DNA of 32,000 nucleotides from Candidatus Saccharimonadota bacterium (GTDB lineage: Bacteria; Patescibacteriota; Microgenomatia; UBA1406; GWC2-37-13), in the NCBI GenBank assembly GCA_016700135.1, contig CP065004.1:1290001-1322000 (forward strand), read 5' to 3'. The number at the start of each line of letters is the position of its first letter. Within the stretch, counting starts at the first letter, position 1. Shown one piece after another: positions 15,958 through 24,278 of the stretch. The notes under the pieces are model-generated. The model did not search any database, was not told the origin of the DNA, and was given only the letters and a program-made list of their open reading frames with translations. The position numbers and the translations under genes are program-made.

Positions 15958-17718
15958 ATGTGCGGAATATTCGGATATATCGGAGATAAAAAAAATGCCG
16001 GGGAGCTCATCCTAAACGGCCTCAAATCGCTTGAGTATCGGGGATATGATTCCTGGGGAGTTGCCGTTAAAAAAGGCAATAATGACCTGTACATCGAAAA
16101 ACACACCGGCAAGATCGGAGATGCATCCCTACCAGAGCTTTCAACCATGATCGGTATCGGTCATACCAGATGGGCAACTCACGGCGGTGTACAAAAAGCA
16201 AATGCGCACCCCCACATCAGCTGTGACAAAGAAATCGTGATTGTACACAACGGTATTGTTGAAAACTTCACGGAACTCAAGAGAGATCTTCTTAAAAAGG
16301 GACATATATTTAAATCGGAGACCGATTCAGAAGTCCTTGCTCATCAATTAGAAGAGCTTCTCAAGTCAGAATCTGACCTACAGTCTGCCGTCTACACGTT
16401 GAAGGCTATGATACGAGGTATGAATGCCGTGATTGCCTTCTTTCCTAAAAAAGGGACATTTTACATTTTTAAAAACGGCTCACCTATCGTAATCGGAAAA
16501 GGTAAGAATGAATATTTTATCGCATCCGATGCATCGGCGATAATACCCCATACAAAAGAGGTGTACTTCGTCGAAGACGGCGAAACGATCTGTTTGAAAA
16601 AAGATGAAATTACATTATTTGGCATCCATGGTAAAACAAAAAAAATAAAGTATATGAAACTGAGCTATGATGCCGAGGCAGTAACACGGGGGAAATTTGA
16701 CCACTTCATGCTGAAAGAAATCTATGAACAGCCGACCGTCGTCACAAATATTGCTTCATCACAAACAGGTGCCATCAAAGAAGTAGCAAAAAGAATCCGA
16801 AAAGCGTATGGTACCTATCTGGTCGGCTGCGGAACAGCCTCATATGCCTGCCTTGCCGGAACATATCTTTTCTCAAAGATTGCCAAACGACATATTAATT
16901 TTTCCATCGGCTCAGAGTTTTCCTATTTATTGGACTTTCTGAAAGATACGTCTCTGGTAATAGCCCTTTCACAGTCAGGCGAAACAATTGATATTATTGA
17001 CAGTGTCCAGAAAGCAAAAAAGAAAAAAGCAGAGCTTGTCGCTCTGACCAATGTACTCGGCTCAACGCTCTATCGCATGGCAGATTACAGCATGCTTCTA
17101 TCGGCAGGTCCTGAAAAAGCAGTAGCGTCAACAAAAGCTTATACAGCAAAAATTGCATTCCTATACCTCATCGCGCATGAACTTGAGGGATCCCTACAAC
17201 ACGGCATATTGAACATACAAAAGGCAGTAAATGAAATTGATGGATTGCTAGACCGAAAAAATCGAATTAAAAAACTGACCGGACAAATAAAAAACCATGA
17301 CCATATTTTTATTCTCGGACGCGGCGTTTCCTATGCGGCAGCACTTGAATCCGCACTTAAAATTAAGGAAGTATCCTATGTTCATGCGGAGGGTTTCGCG
17401 GCAGGAGAACTTAAACACGGTGTCATTGCTCTGATAGAAAAAGGGACACCGGTCATTCTGTTTAACCCTGAGGATGAAACGTATGAAGATAGCCTTTCTG
17501 CAGCACATGAAGTGAAAGCCCGCGGCGCGTTTGTCATCGGTGTCTCCAGCAAAAAAAGCGATGTCTATGATGAGTTTATCGAAGTTAAAAACTGTGAAGA
17601 TGCGACGATTATCCCCAACGTGGTGATTGCACAACTCATGGGATATTATCTAGCTATTGCGAAAGGATTTGATCCTGACATGCCGAGAAACCTGGCAAAA
17701 AGTGTCACCGTGAAATAA
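15958..17718 (+). CDS. glmS: Glutamine--fructose-6-phosphate aminotransferase GlmS
   Basis: The protein starts MCGIFGYIG (Ntn Cys nucleophile), has two SIS domains and ends in the C-terminal tail LAKSVTVK. The upstream 43 codons of the track ORF are rejected. Confidence 0.9.
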   Translation: MCGIFGYIGDKKNAGELILNGLKSLEYRGYDSWGVAVKKGNNDLYIEKHTGKIGDASLPELSTMIGIGHTRWATHGGVQKANAHPHISCDKEIVIVHNGIVENFTELKRDLLKKGHIFKSETDSEVLAHQLEELLKSESDLQSAVYTLKAMIRGMNAVIAFFPKKGTFYIFKNGSPIVIGKGKNEYFIASDASAIIPHTKEVYFVEDGETICLKKDEITLFGIHGKTKKIKYMKLSYDAEAVTRGKFDHFMLKEIYEQPTVVTNIASSQTGAIKEVAKRIRKAYGTYLVGCGTASYACLAGTYLFSKIAKRHINFSIGSEFSYLLDFLKDTSLVIALSQSGETIDIIDSVQKAKKKKAELVALTNVLGSTLYRMADYSMLLSAGPEKAVASTKAYTAKIAFLYLIAHELEGSLQHGILNIQKAVNEIDGLLDRKNRIKKLTGQIKNHDHIFILGRGVSYAAALESALKIKEVSYVHAEGFAAGELKHGVIALIEKGTPVILFNPEDETYEDSLSAAHEVKARGAFVIGVSSKKSDVYDEFIEVKNCEDATIIPNVVIAQLMGYYLAIAKGFDPDMPRNLAKSVTVK

Positions 17719-18540
17719 TTAAGGTTCCTCAAGTACCTCTTTTAGTTTGGAAAAATATTTCTTCACTTCCTTTATCAGGTTACTGTCTGCCTGTCGATCG
17801 ATTAAGTATTTTGCGCTGCCGCCCATCTCATAAGTAAATATCTCTTTATCAACTTTTCCTTTTGTCAGAAGATGGATTGTTGCAATAAGATACTTACTCA
17901 TTACCGTCATCCTGCCTTCTTTCTTGAAACGACGGAAGGAAAAATAAATTTTGGTTTGCGGTAACAGTTTTGCAGACACCCCTCTTTTCTTCGCCCGCTG
18001 CACAATTTCATGATCTTCGTAAACAAAAACCCCTTCATCGTACCCGCCAAGTGATGTAAAGAAATGTCTTTGGAAGACAGCACCGGGACCGTAAGTGAAC
18101 GGCTTTTGGCTGAGATGGCTCATCTCTACAAATGAAGAAATTACCCTGAATAACACTTCATCGGGAGGTGTCCCGTCATGCGGCAAATGCAGGGGTAAAT
18201 ACAGTAAAAACTCCGAATCATGTATGTTATTAATCAGATCCTGAATAAAGTTAGAATCCAGCTTCATATCAGAGTCCAGAAAAAGCAGATAGTCACCTTT
18301 TGCCTGTTGCGCACCGAAATTTCGCTGATATGCAAGATGCCGTTTGTCAGCTTCAATAATCTGAATATTTATTTGATCAGAGAAGCGCTCGGCTTTTTCC
18401 CGTGTCTTGTCTTCCGAGTGAGCATCTACAACGATGACTTCAAAATCCTTGGAGGTCTGATCTGCAAGGTTTCGCAGTAATTTCGGAAGATAGACTTCCT
18501 CGTTCAATGCCGGGATAATAATGCTTATTGTCGGATTCAT
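17719..18540 (-). CDS. Family 2 glycosyltransferase
   Basis: ISIIIPALNEE, VVDAHSEDKT and the DxD-like FLDSDM are present. The start is set at MNPTIS (18540). Confidence 0.8.
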   Translation of the reverse strand: MNPTISIIIPALNEEVYLPKLLRNLADQTSKDFEVIVVDAHSEDKTREKAERFSDQINIQIIEADKRHLAYQRNFGAQQAKGDYLLFLDSDMKLDSNFIQDLINNIHDSEFLLYLPLHLPHDGTPPDEVLFRVISSFVEMSHLSQKPFTYGPGAVFQRHFFTSLGGYDEGVFVYEDHEIVQRAKKRGVSAKLLPQTKIYFSFRRFKKEGRMTVMSKYLIATIHLLTKGKVDKEIFTYEMGGSAKYLIDRQADSNLIKEVKKYFSKLKEVLEEP

Positions 18541-18626
18541 GAGTTTTATCTCTTTGCTCACCTCGTGAACAGGTATAATGATTAAGTAAGGCATATTATA
18601 ACTTTTTTAGGTTAGTTGTTGGTGTG

Positions 18627-20045
18627 ATGATGAAAAAAAACCTCTCCGGTATCGTGTTTGTCATAGCAGTACTTACTGTTGTGATATCAATCAGCATCTT
18701 CATCGTTCTCTTTTCAAGACGTGAAAGTGATCTCACAATTGATCATGAAACGACAAGAGATACAGAAACGCAGGCAAGCACTCGAACAATGAATGTAATG
18801 ACGTTTAACATCAAGGGTTGTAGATTTACTGATGAGGCTTTTTATACGGCGATGTGGAATCGTATTGTTGATGAACTTATTACAAAAGTTGATGCAAATG
18901 GCAGAAGATACATTTATGTATCTCTAGCAGGGTTTGAGGAAGTGGATGATTTTTGTGGCGTTCGAAATGAGGATGCTCTAAACGGAGTAACACAAAACCC
19001 GACCGAAGATTATTATTTTATTCGATCACTTGAGCGCTATTTCGTCAAGGACAGAGATTTTTTTGTATATCAAAGAAAAATTAAAAGTGAACAAGGAGGG
19101 GATTTTAACTCATTCTCACAAATGATGTTTTCCGTTTATCCGATGGAGCTTCTTAGCCCGGAAACAAACTGGCCGTTAAGCGCAAAAATTACCATTCCTG
19201 ATACTTCCCGACCTTTATACTTTCACGTTATGCACCCAAGAGGTAATTCAGCAAGCTGTAGCAGCAATACAGCATATTTAGATCGTGCTGAAACAATTTC
19301 ACAAGGGAGTACCAATATTATTTATGCAGGCGATTTTAATGCCCGCTACTATTCAGGCGCCTGTAATTCCCCTCGTGTTAATGAGAATTACACCTTCTCA
19401 GTTCCTATAGATCCTCAAAATCCTGAAGCTCGCTTAGATATTATTGACTATGTTATGGCACATAAGCAATCTGATTGGGTCGTTGAATCAGCTATCATGG
19501 ATCGTACTTGGGATGTGAAAAAAGATGGAATAGAAAGATATTGGTCTGACCATAACCCGGTTATTGCAACGCTGAAGTACACCGGAAGTGCGCCTGTCAC
19601 AACCGAGACACCTATCACCCCGACAGCTCAAACCACTATTACCCCGACGTCAGCAACAGCAACTGCTACACCGACTACCAATCCGGGAACGAGCATCACA
19701 CCTCAACCGACTTCTACTGTCACGTCAATCCCGCCAACTGCAACAGTAGTACCAACGGCTACTCTTACTTCCTCTCCAACACCCTCAAATTCTCCCTCTC
19801 CAACAGCAACTGCTACACCAACCTCAACGCCAACACCCACCGCGACACCGACATCTACACCCACACCGACTGCAACTCCGACTTTTACGCCTATCCCGAC
19901 AGCGACACTAACTCCTACTCCCACCATACAACCTGTGCCGTCGGCACCGTCAGATCTCACGATCAATGACACTCCTCCCGGCTTTTCGCCCCTCACGATC
20001 CTCATGATTTCGCTCGGTCTTCTTTTCACCGGTCTTTTGCTCTAA
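18627..20045 (+). CDS. Surface-anchored endonuclease/exonuclease/phosphatase (EEP) family protein with a Thr/Pro-rich stalk and a C-terminal PGF-plus-TM tail
   Basis: There is an N-terminal TM/signal anchor. EEP motifs are MTFNIKG, YAGDFNARY and WSDHNPV. About 120 aa of T/P-rich linker follow. The tail is TPPGFSPLTILMISLGLLFTGLLL. Confidence 0.75.
   Translation: MMKKNLSGIVFVIAVLTVVISISIFIVLFSRRESDLTIDHETTRDTETQASTRTMNVMTFNIKGCRFTDEAFYTAMWNRIVDELITKVDANGRRYIYVSLAGFEEVDDFCGVRNEDALNGVTQNPTEDYYFIRSLERYFVKDRDFFVYQRKIKSEQGGDFNSFSQMMFSVYPMELLSPETNWPLSAKITIPDTSRPLYFHVMHPRGNSASCSSNTAYLDRAETISQGSTNIIYAGDFNARYYSGACNSPRVNENYTFSVPIDPQNPEARLDIIDYVMAHKQSDWVVESAIMDRTWDVKKDGIERYWSDHNPVIATLKYTGSAPVTTETPITPTAQTTITPTSATATATPTTNPGTSITPQPTSTVTSIPPTATVVPTATLTSSPTPSNSPSPTATATPTSTPTPTATPTSTPTPTATPTFTPIPTATLTPTPTIQPVPSAPSDLTINDTPPGFSPLTILMISLGLLFTGLLL
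19590..19953 (+). repeat. Coding low-complexity Thr/Pro-rich region with short tandem units (TPTSTPTPTA x2-3)
   Basis: The region translates to ...PTATATPTSTPTPTATPTSTPTPTATPTFTPIPTATLTPTPT... and consists of degenerate ACN/CCN codon repeats. Confidence 0.8.
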
Positions 20046-20050
20046 AAGCG

Positions 20051-20059
20051 TGATACAAT
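20051..20059 (+). promoter_or_regulatory. Candidate extended -10 (TGaTACAAT), 7 nt upstream of the ABC ATPase ATG
   Basis: The plus strand reads TGATACAAT-aacaatt-ATG. Confidence 0.4.
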
Positions 20060-20066
20060 AACAATT

Positions 20067-20993
20067 ATGGACGTTCTGAAGGTTCAAAACCTCACAAAAC
20101 AATTCGGAAAATTTAAAGCAGTGGATTCAATCTCATTTACCCTAAAAAAGGGAGAAATACTGGGATTACTGGGTCCGAACGGTGCCGGAAAAACGACAAC
20201 AATACAGATGCTTTTGGGCGTCCTGTCTCCTTCTTCGGGAATGATTTCCTATTTCGGCCGTGACTTTGATTCAAATAGAGAAGAAATACTTGAGAAAGTA
20301 AACTTTTCATCGACCTACACAAATTTACCCTGGAACCTCACGGTAAGGGAAAATCTGACCTATACATCGTATCTGTACAACCTTCCGAACAGGAAAGAAC
20401 AGCTGTCAAAAATCGTTGAGGCGTTTCGTTTGCAAAAGCTACTGAATCAGACTTTAACCGAGCTTTCGGCCGGGCAGCTGACAAGGGTCAATCTCGCAAA
20501 AGCATTTGTGAATAATCCCACAGTCCTTTTACTTGATGAACCGACCTCAAGCCTCGATCCTGAGGTCGCCAAAATGGTTCGCGAATTCATTCTCGCAGAA
20601 CGGTCAAAAAATGAATTATCAATCGTATTTACCAGTCACAATATGAGCGAAGTCGAAGAGGTTTGTGATCGAATTCTTTTCATCAACAACGGCATTATTG
20701 TCGCCGACGACACACCGGAAAATCTTATGAAATCACTTGACACCGTTCGTGTTCGGCTTGTTATGGATAAGACTTGCCTTGCTGCCCTTATGAGTTTCGG
20801 CAATCAATACCATGCCTCTATACAGAATAAAGATCGGGATTTTGTAGTCGAACTGAAGGAAAGCCAAGTCCCGGATCTCCTTTCGTATTTAGCTAATCAC
20901 AAGATGAAGTATTACGAAATCAGTATTGATAAACCTGACCTTGAGGATTATTTTTTATATATTGCCGGTCAGAATAAAAACCGAGACTTATGA
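20067..20993 (+). CDS. ABC transporter ATP-binding protein (ABC-2 exporter type)
   Basis: Walker A GPNGAGKTT, signature LSAGQLTR and Walker B LLLDEPTSSLD are present. Confidence 0.9.
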   Translation: MDVLKVQNLTKQFGKFKAVDSISFTLKKGEILGLLGPNGAGKTTTIQMLLGVLSPSSGMISYFGRDFDSNREEILEKVNFSSTYTNLPWNLTVRENLTYTSYLYNLPNRKEQLSKIVEAFRLQKLLNQTLTELSAGQLTRVNLAKAFVNNPTVLLLDEPTSSLDPEVAKMVREFILAERSKNELSIVFTSHNMSEVEEVCDRILFINNGIIVADDTPENLMKSLDTVRVRLVMDKTCLAALMSFGNQYHASIQNKDRDFVVELKESQVPDLLSYLANHKMKYYEISIDKPDLEDYFLYIAGQNKNRDL

Positions 20994-21002
20994 TTTTACC
21001 TT

Positions 21003-21027
21003 GTCATTCCGGACTTGATCCGGAATC
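21003..21027 (+). repeat. GTCAT...ATC palindromic hairpin element (8-bp stem) between the ABC ATPase and permease genes
   Basis: The sequence is GTCATTCCGGActtgaTCCGGAATC. ATTCCGGA (21006-21013) and TCCGGAAT (21019-21026) are perfectly complementary. A related copy lies at 29232-29256 in inverse orientation. Confidence 0.6.
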
Positions 21028-21036
21028 TATTGAATA

Positions 21037-21822
21037 ATGAAAATACATCGAATATACGCCATACTGCTTCGTAATCTCTACCTTTTCAGAAGGAGTTATG
21101 ATCGTTTGGCCGATTCATTTTACTGGATTACCCTTGATCTCCTGACATGGGGAATTACCGGTGTGTACTTCCAGTCATTCTCACCTGATTCTCAAAACAT
21201 AGTGTTTATGTTGATCTCCGGTGTAGTTCTTTGGAATTTGGTCTATCGAACGCAGTCGGATATTAATGTCAGTCTACTGGAAGAACTTTGGAACAAGAAC
21301 CTGATTAATCTGTTTGTGTCTCCTCTGAAGTTTAGCGAGTTTATAAGTGGCCTGGTGATCCTCGGAGTAGTAAAGGCCATGATCAGCCTGATGTTCGGGA
21401 CACTTCTCGCCTGGCTGTTTTTCCATATCAGTATCCTCAGTTACTCAATACATCTCATATTCTTCTTCCTGTCTCTGGTACTCACGGGAATCTGGGTGGG
21501 ATTCATGATCTCATCGGTTATCCTTCGATTCGGAACAAGAATTCAAACGCTTGCCTGGACATTTGTATGGATTGTCTCGCCTTTCTCAGCAATTTACTAC
21601 CCGCTAGAAACACTTCCGCAATGGGCACAGTTCATTTCGCGTGCTCTTCCGACAAGTTATGTGTTTGAACAGGGACGTAACCTGTTGCTACACGGTCAAG
21701 TTAATTATCTGATGATCGCAATAAGTTTTGTACTGAATGCTGTCTATATTGTCGGAGCGTTTTTCTTCTTGAAATCGAGTTTCCGTAAAGTTCTCGATAA
21801 GGGACTCGTGAAAGTGTACTGA
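21037..21822 (+). CDS. ABC-2 type transporter permease
   Basis: 261 aa with 6 predicted TM segments. It lies immediately downstream of the ABC ATPase. Confidence 0.85.
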   Translation: MKIHRIYAILLRNLYLFRRSYDRLADSFYWITLDLLTWGITGVYFQSFSPDSQNIVFMLISGVVLWNLVYRTQSDINVSLLEELWNKNLINLFVSPLKFSEFISGLVILGVVKAMISLMFGTLLAWLFFHISILSYSIHLIFFFLSLVLTGIWVGFMISSVILRFGTRIQTLAWTFVWIVSPFSAIYYPLETLPQWAQFISRALPTSYVFEQGRNLLLHGQVNYLMIAISFVLNAVYIVGAFFFLKSSFRKVLDKGLVKVY

Positions 21823-21881
21823 TCTACATATTTGATAAGTAATTAGAGTTTGAGTACCGTTGACTGATAAAGAAACTTCAT

Positions 21882-21887
21882 TATAAT
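21882..21887 (+). promoter_or_regulatory. Candidate -10 box TATAAT, 7 nt upstream of the second purA ATG (21895); it overlaps the first ATG (21886)
   Basis: The plus strand reads TATAAT-gaggcta-ATG. Confidence 0.35.
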
Positions 21888-21894
21888 GAGGCTA

Positions 21895-23562
21895 ATGTCA
21901 CACCCAATAGAAGCCTTTCAAACCATGATTAATGAACGTAATCCCCGCTTCTTTGACCCAGTCTCCTTCGTGCAAAAAGATATTGACCGTATTTACAACC
22001 AAGAACAGGTAACAGTCGGTATGCCCATGGGTGCGGAAGTTATGTTGAATGCGCTGGCCCGTGAACATACGGTTGCCATTGTCGGTGCACAGCTCGGAGA
22101 TGAGGGAAAAGGACGAATAGTTGACAATAAATTAGAGCAAATTCTTTCTATTCCCGGGATGCAGATGGCATATGTTGTCCGTTTCCAGGGAGGCTCGAAT
22201 GCCGGTCATACCGTATATACTCCGGATGGTGTAAAAATTCCCCTTCATCAGGTCCCTTCGAGTATAAACGAAGACCGTGCAGTCGGTATCATGGACAGCG
22301 GTATGGTCGTCCATATGGAAGATCTAAAAACCGAAATCGAAGACGGCGAAGCGATTGTCGGAGACCTGAGGAACCGTCTCTATTTGAGTGAAGAAGCAAA
22401 ACTGGTTACCGATCTGGAAAGAGCCGAAGAAGTAGTAAACCGATTTAAAAGTTCAGGTAAGTCAGGAGGAGGTACAGGACGAGGCATCAGTCCCACATAT
22501 GCCAATGACCTGAGTAGGTTAGGAACTCATGTCAAAGACCTTATGGCTGACAACTGGCGGGAGGTCTACGGTGCCCGATATGACCGATATGCGAAAGAGT
22601 TCGCAGTGCACAATTACGACATTGCAACCATGCAGGTACCCGATCTTCGCGAAACAAGAGACCAGAAAAAAGCAGTAACCCGAAATCTCGGGACAATGGA
22701 TGAATTTTTAGACCGGCTGGAGTCGGTCAGGAACTGGTATATCGAGCGAGATGCAAGTCAGCCTGATAAACCTTCAATGATTCAGAACACATTCATCATG
22801 CATCAGGAAATGTACAATAATCTGAATGCAGGAGTATTGTTTGAAGGAGCACAGGCTGTCGGCCTCCATCACTCAATAGGAAGACTTCCAGATGTGACAT
22901 CCTCAGATACCAGTATCAACGGTATTGCCGCGGGTACGAAGCTGTGGAAAGCACAGGATGTCCGCGAAAAAATCGGTGTCATGAAACTTACCTATATGTC
23001 CAGTGTCGGAAGCGTACACATGGCAACTGACTTGATGCTGCCGAGAGGTGCCGTAGAGGATCCGACAAAACTGACTGATCCCCAGAAATACGGGTTGTGG
23101 GTTCGTGAAGAAGCACATGAGTACGGGACCACAACAGGAAGACCGCGTGATATCTGTCTTCTGGATCTTGAACTTATGAGATACAACATCCGCATGGGAG
23201 GGATCGAGATGCTTGCCGGAACACATTTGGACATTGCGTGGGAAGATATGCCAATCAAAGTCTGTACACATTATGTCGATTCTACGGGTCAACGGGTTCC
23301 GTATCAGCCTGGTGTCGAACATCAGGAGAACCTAACCCCTGTATATGTAGACCTCCCCGGATGGGACGGAGCGGCCACTCAAGCCGCACGTACATTCGAT
23401 GAGCTTCCCGATAATGCAAAGAAATTCCTGGCTTTTGTTCAGGCTCAAACATCAACACCAATCACGGCCGTCACCAACGGACCGCATCGTGACCAGCTTG
23501 TCGATATACCCCGATGGGAAATTCCGCCGAAGCAATTCCGGAGCGCAGACCGAACTCTCTGA
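21895..23562 (+). CDS. purA: Adenylosuccinate synthetase-like protein, long divergent form
   Basis: GAQLGDEGKGRIVD, GGSNAGHT, GGTGRGISPTY, FEGAQA, TSS and GTTTGRPRD are present. The protein is about 555 aa, versus about 430 typical. The start is taken as 21895; the track start is 21886. Confidence 0.8.
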   Translation: MSHPIEAFQTMINERNPRFFDPVSFVQKDIDRIYNQEQVTVGMPMGAEVMLNALAREHTVAIVGAQLGDEGKGRIVDNKLEQILSIPGMQMAYVVRFQGGSNAGHTVYTPDGVKIPLHQVPSSINEDRAVGIMDSGMVVHMEDLKTEIEDGEAIVGDLRNRLYLSEEAKLVTDLERAEEVVNRFKSSGKSGGGTGRGISPTYANDLSRLGTHVKDLMADNWREVYGARYDRYAKEFAVHNYDIATMQVPDLRETRDQKKAVTRNLGTMDEFLDRLESVRNWYIERDASQPDKPSMIQNTFIMHQEMYNNLNAGVLFEGAQAVGLHHSIGRLPDVTSSDTSINGIAAGTKLWKAQDVREKIGVMKLTYMSSVGSVHMATDLMLPRGAVEDPTKLTDPQKYGLWVREEAHEYGTTTGRPRDICLLDLELMRYNIRMGGIEMLAGTHLDIAWEDMPIKVCTHYVDSTGQRVPYQPGVEHQENLTPVYVDLPGWDGAATQAARTFDELPDNAKKFLAFVQAQTSTPITAVTNGPHRDQLVDIPRWEIPPKQFRSADRTL

Positions 23563-23739
23563 GAAGGAGCATTCTCGTTCATATCTGACAAAAATGCGGA
23601 TGTTGAAGGTTATACTAAACCTCAGAATCAAGCAATAATGGGTTTGTAAATGTACAAGGATACTGATCAGAAGGAACCCCTACAAAGGTCAGGATATCAA
23701 TAACAGCTACAATGTCAGAATATCTTCATAAGATTCGTG

Positions 23740-23745
23740 TAGAAT
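23740..23745 (+). promoter_or_regulatory. Candidate -10 box TAGAAT, 6 nt upstream of the bPH gene ATG
   Basis: The plus strand reads TAGAAT-gttgaa-ATG. Confidence 0.35.
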
Positions 23746-23751
23746 GTTGAA

Positions 23752-24270
23752 ATGGAATCAAAAAGTACTACATCCCAAATTGTAAGAAAGAGCTTCACGC
23801 TAATGGTCATAAGACTGGTGATATTTGAGCTGATCTTAGAGTCAATATATATCGCTTGGCGATTCGGTATCGATGGCTTCCCCATATCTCCAGAAATGAA
23901 AATATCGCTGCACAGCTATACAACAGTTGTATTCATCATTGTAACCATATCACAAATCATAATTTTACTTAGAATTGTCTTACAGTGGATGAACGAAAGC
24001 TATGAACTGAAGAATAATGAATTGACGATTTATGAAGGCGTTCTTTCGAAAATATCAAGATCATATCCCTACAATCAAATCCAAACAATCACTGTGAGTC
24101 AAAGCATGTTTGGACGTTTGCTCAATTTCGGAACAATTGTACTGACAATTCCGACACTATCCCAAGATCTCGTGCTAAATGAAATACCTAAACCACATCT
24201 CTTCGCTGAACAAATTAAAAACTACTTGCCCAAATCAGACCAATCTGCTTTATTTTTACGAAGAAAGTAA
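23752..24270 (+). CDS. Membrane protein with a bacterial PH (YdbS/YdbT-like) domain
   Basis: Two TM segments are followed by YELKNNELTIYEGVLSKISRSYPYNQIQTITVSQSMFGRLLNFGTIVL, which is typical of the bPH_2 family. Confidence 0.6.
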   Translation: MESKSTTSQIVRKSFTLMVIRLVIFELILESIYIAWRFGIDGFPISPEMKISLHSYTTVVFIIVTISQIIILLRIVLQWMNESYELKNNELTIYEGVLSKISRSYPYNQIQTITVSQSMFGRLLNFGTIVLTIPTLSQDLVLNEIPKPHLFAEQIKNYLPKSDQSALFLRRK

Positions 24271-24278
24271 CCATCTTA

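Noticed and set aside
17713-17724. Convergent glmS and GT2 stop codons abut with zero spacer (TAATTA) and no terminator
   Set aside because: This is a compact-genome feature with no additional signal. The palindrome is just two back-to-back TAA stops.
19590-19953. Short tandem DNA repeats that could be mistaken for a CRISPR or VNTR locus
   Set aside because: The repeats are in-frame ACN/CCN codon repeats encoding a Thr/Pro linker inside a continuous ORF. There is no repeat-spacer architecture.
21895-23562. Divergent PurA as a PurZ-type (2-aminoadenine pathway) enzyme
   Set aside because: There is no phage context and no accompanying dATPase or MazZ-like genes. The catalytic Asp of the GDEGKG loop is retained. 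Only a tree or an assay could settle it, so it is not claimed.
23563-23751. 189-nt purA/bPH intergenic region examined for a tRNA or small RNA
   Set aside because: There is no tRNA-like T-arm (GTTCRANYC) and no cloverleaf. Only weak short hairpins are present. Nothing is supportable beyond the TAGAAT box at 23740.
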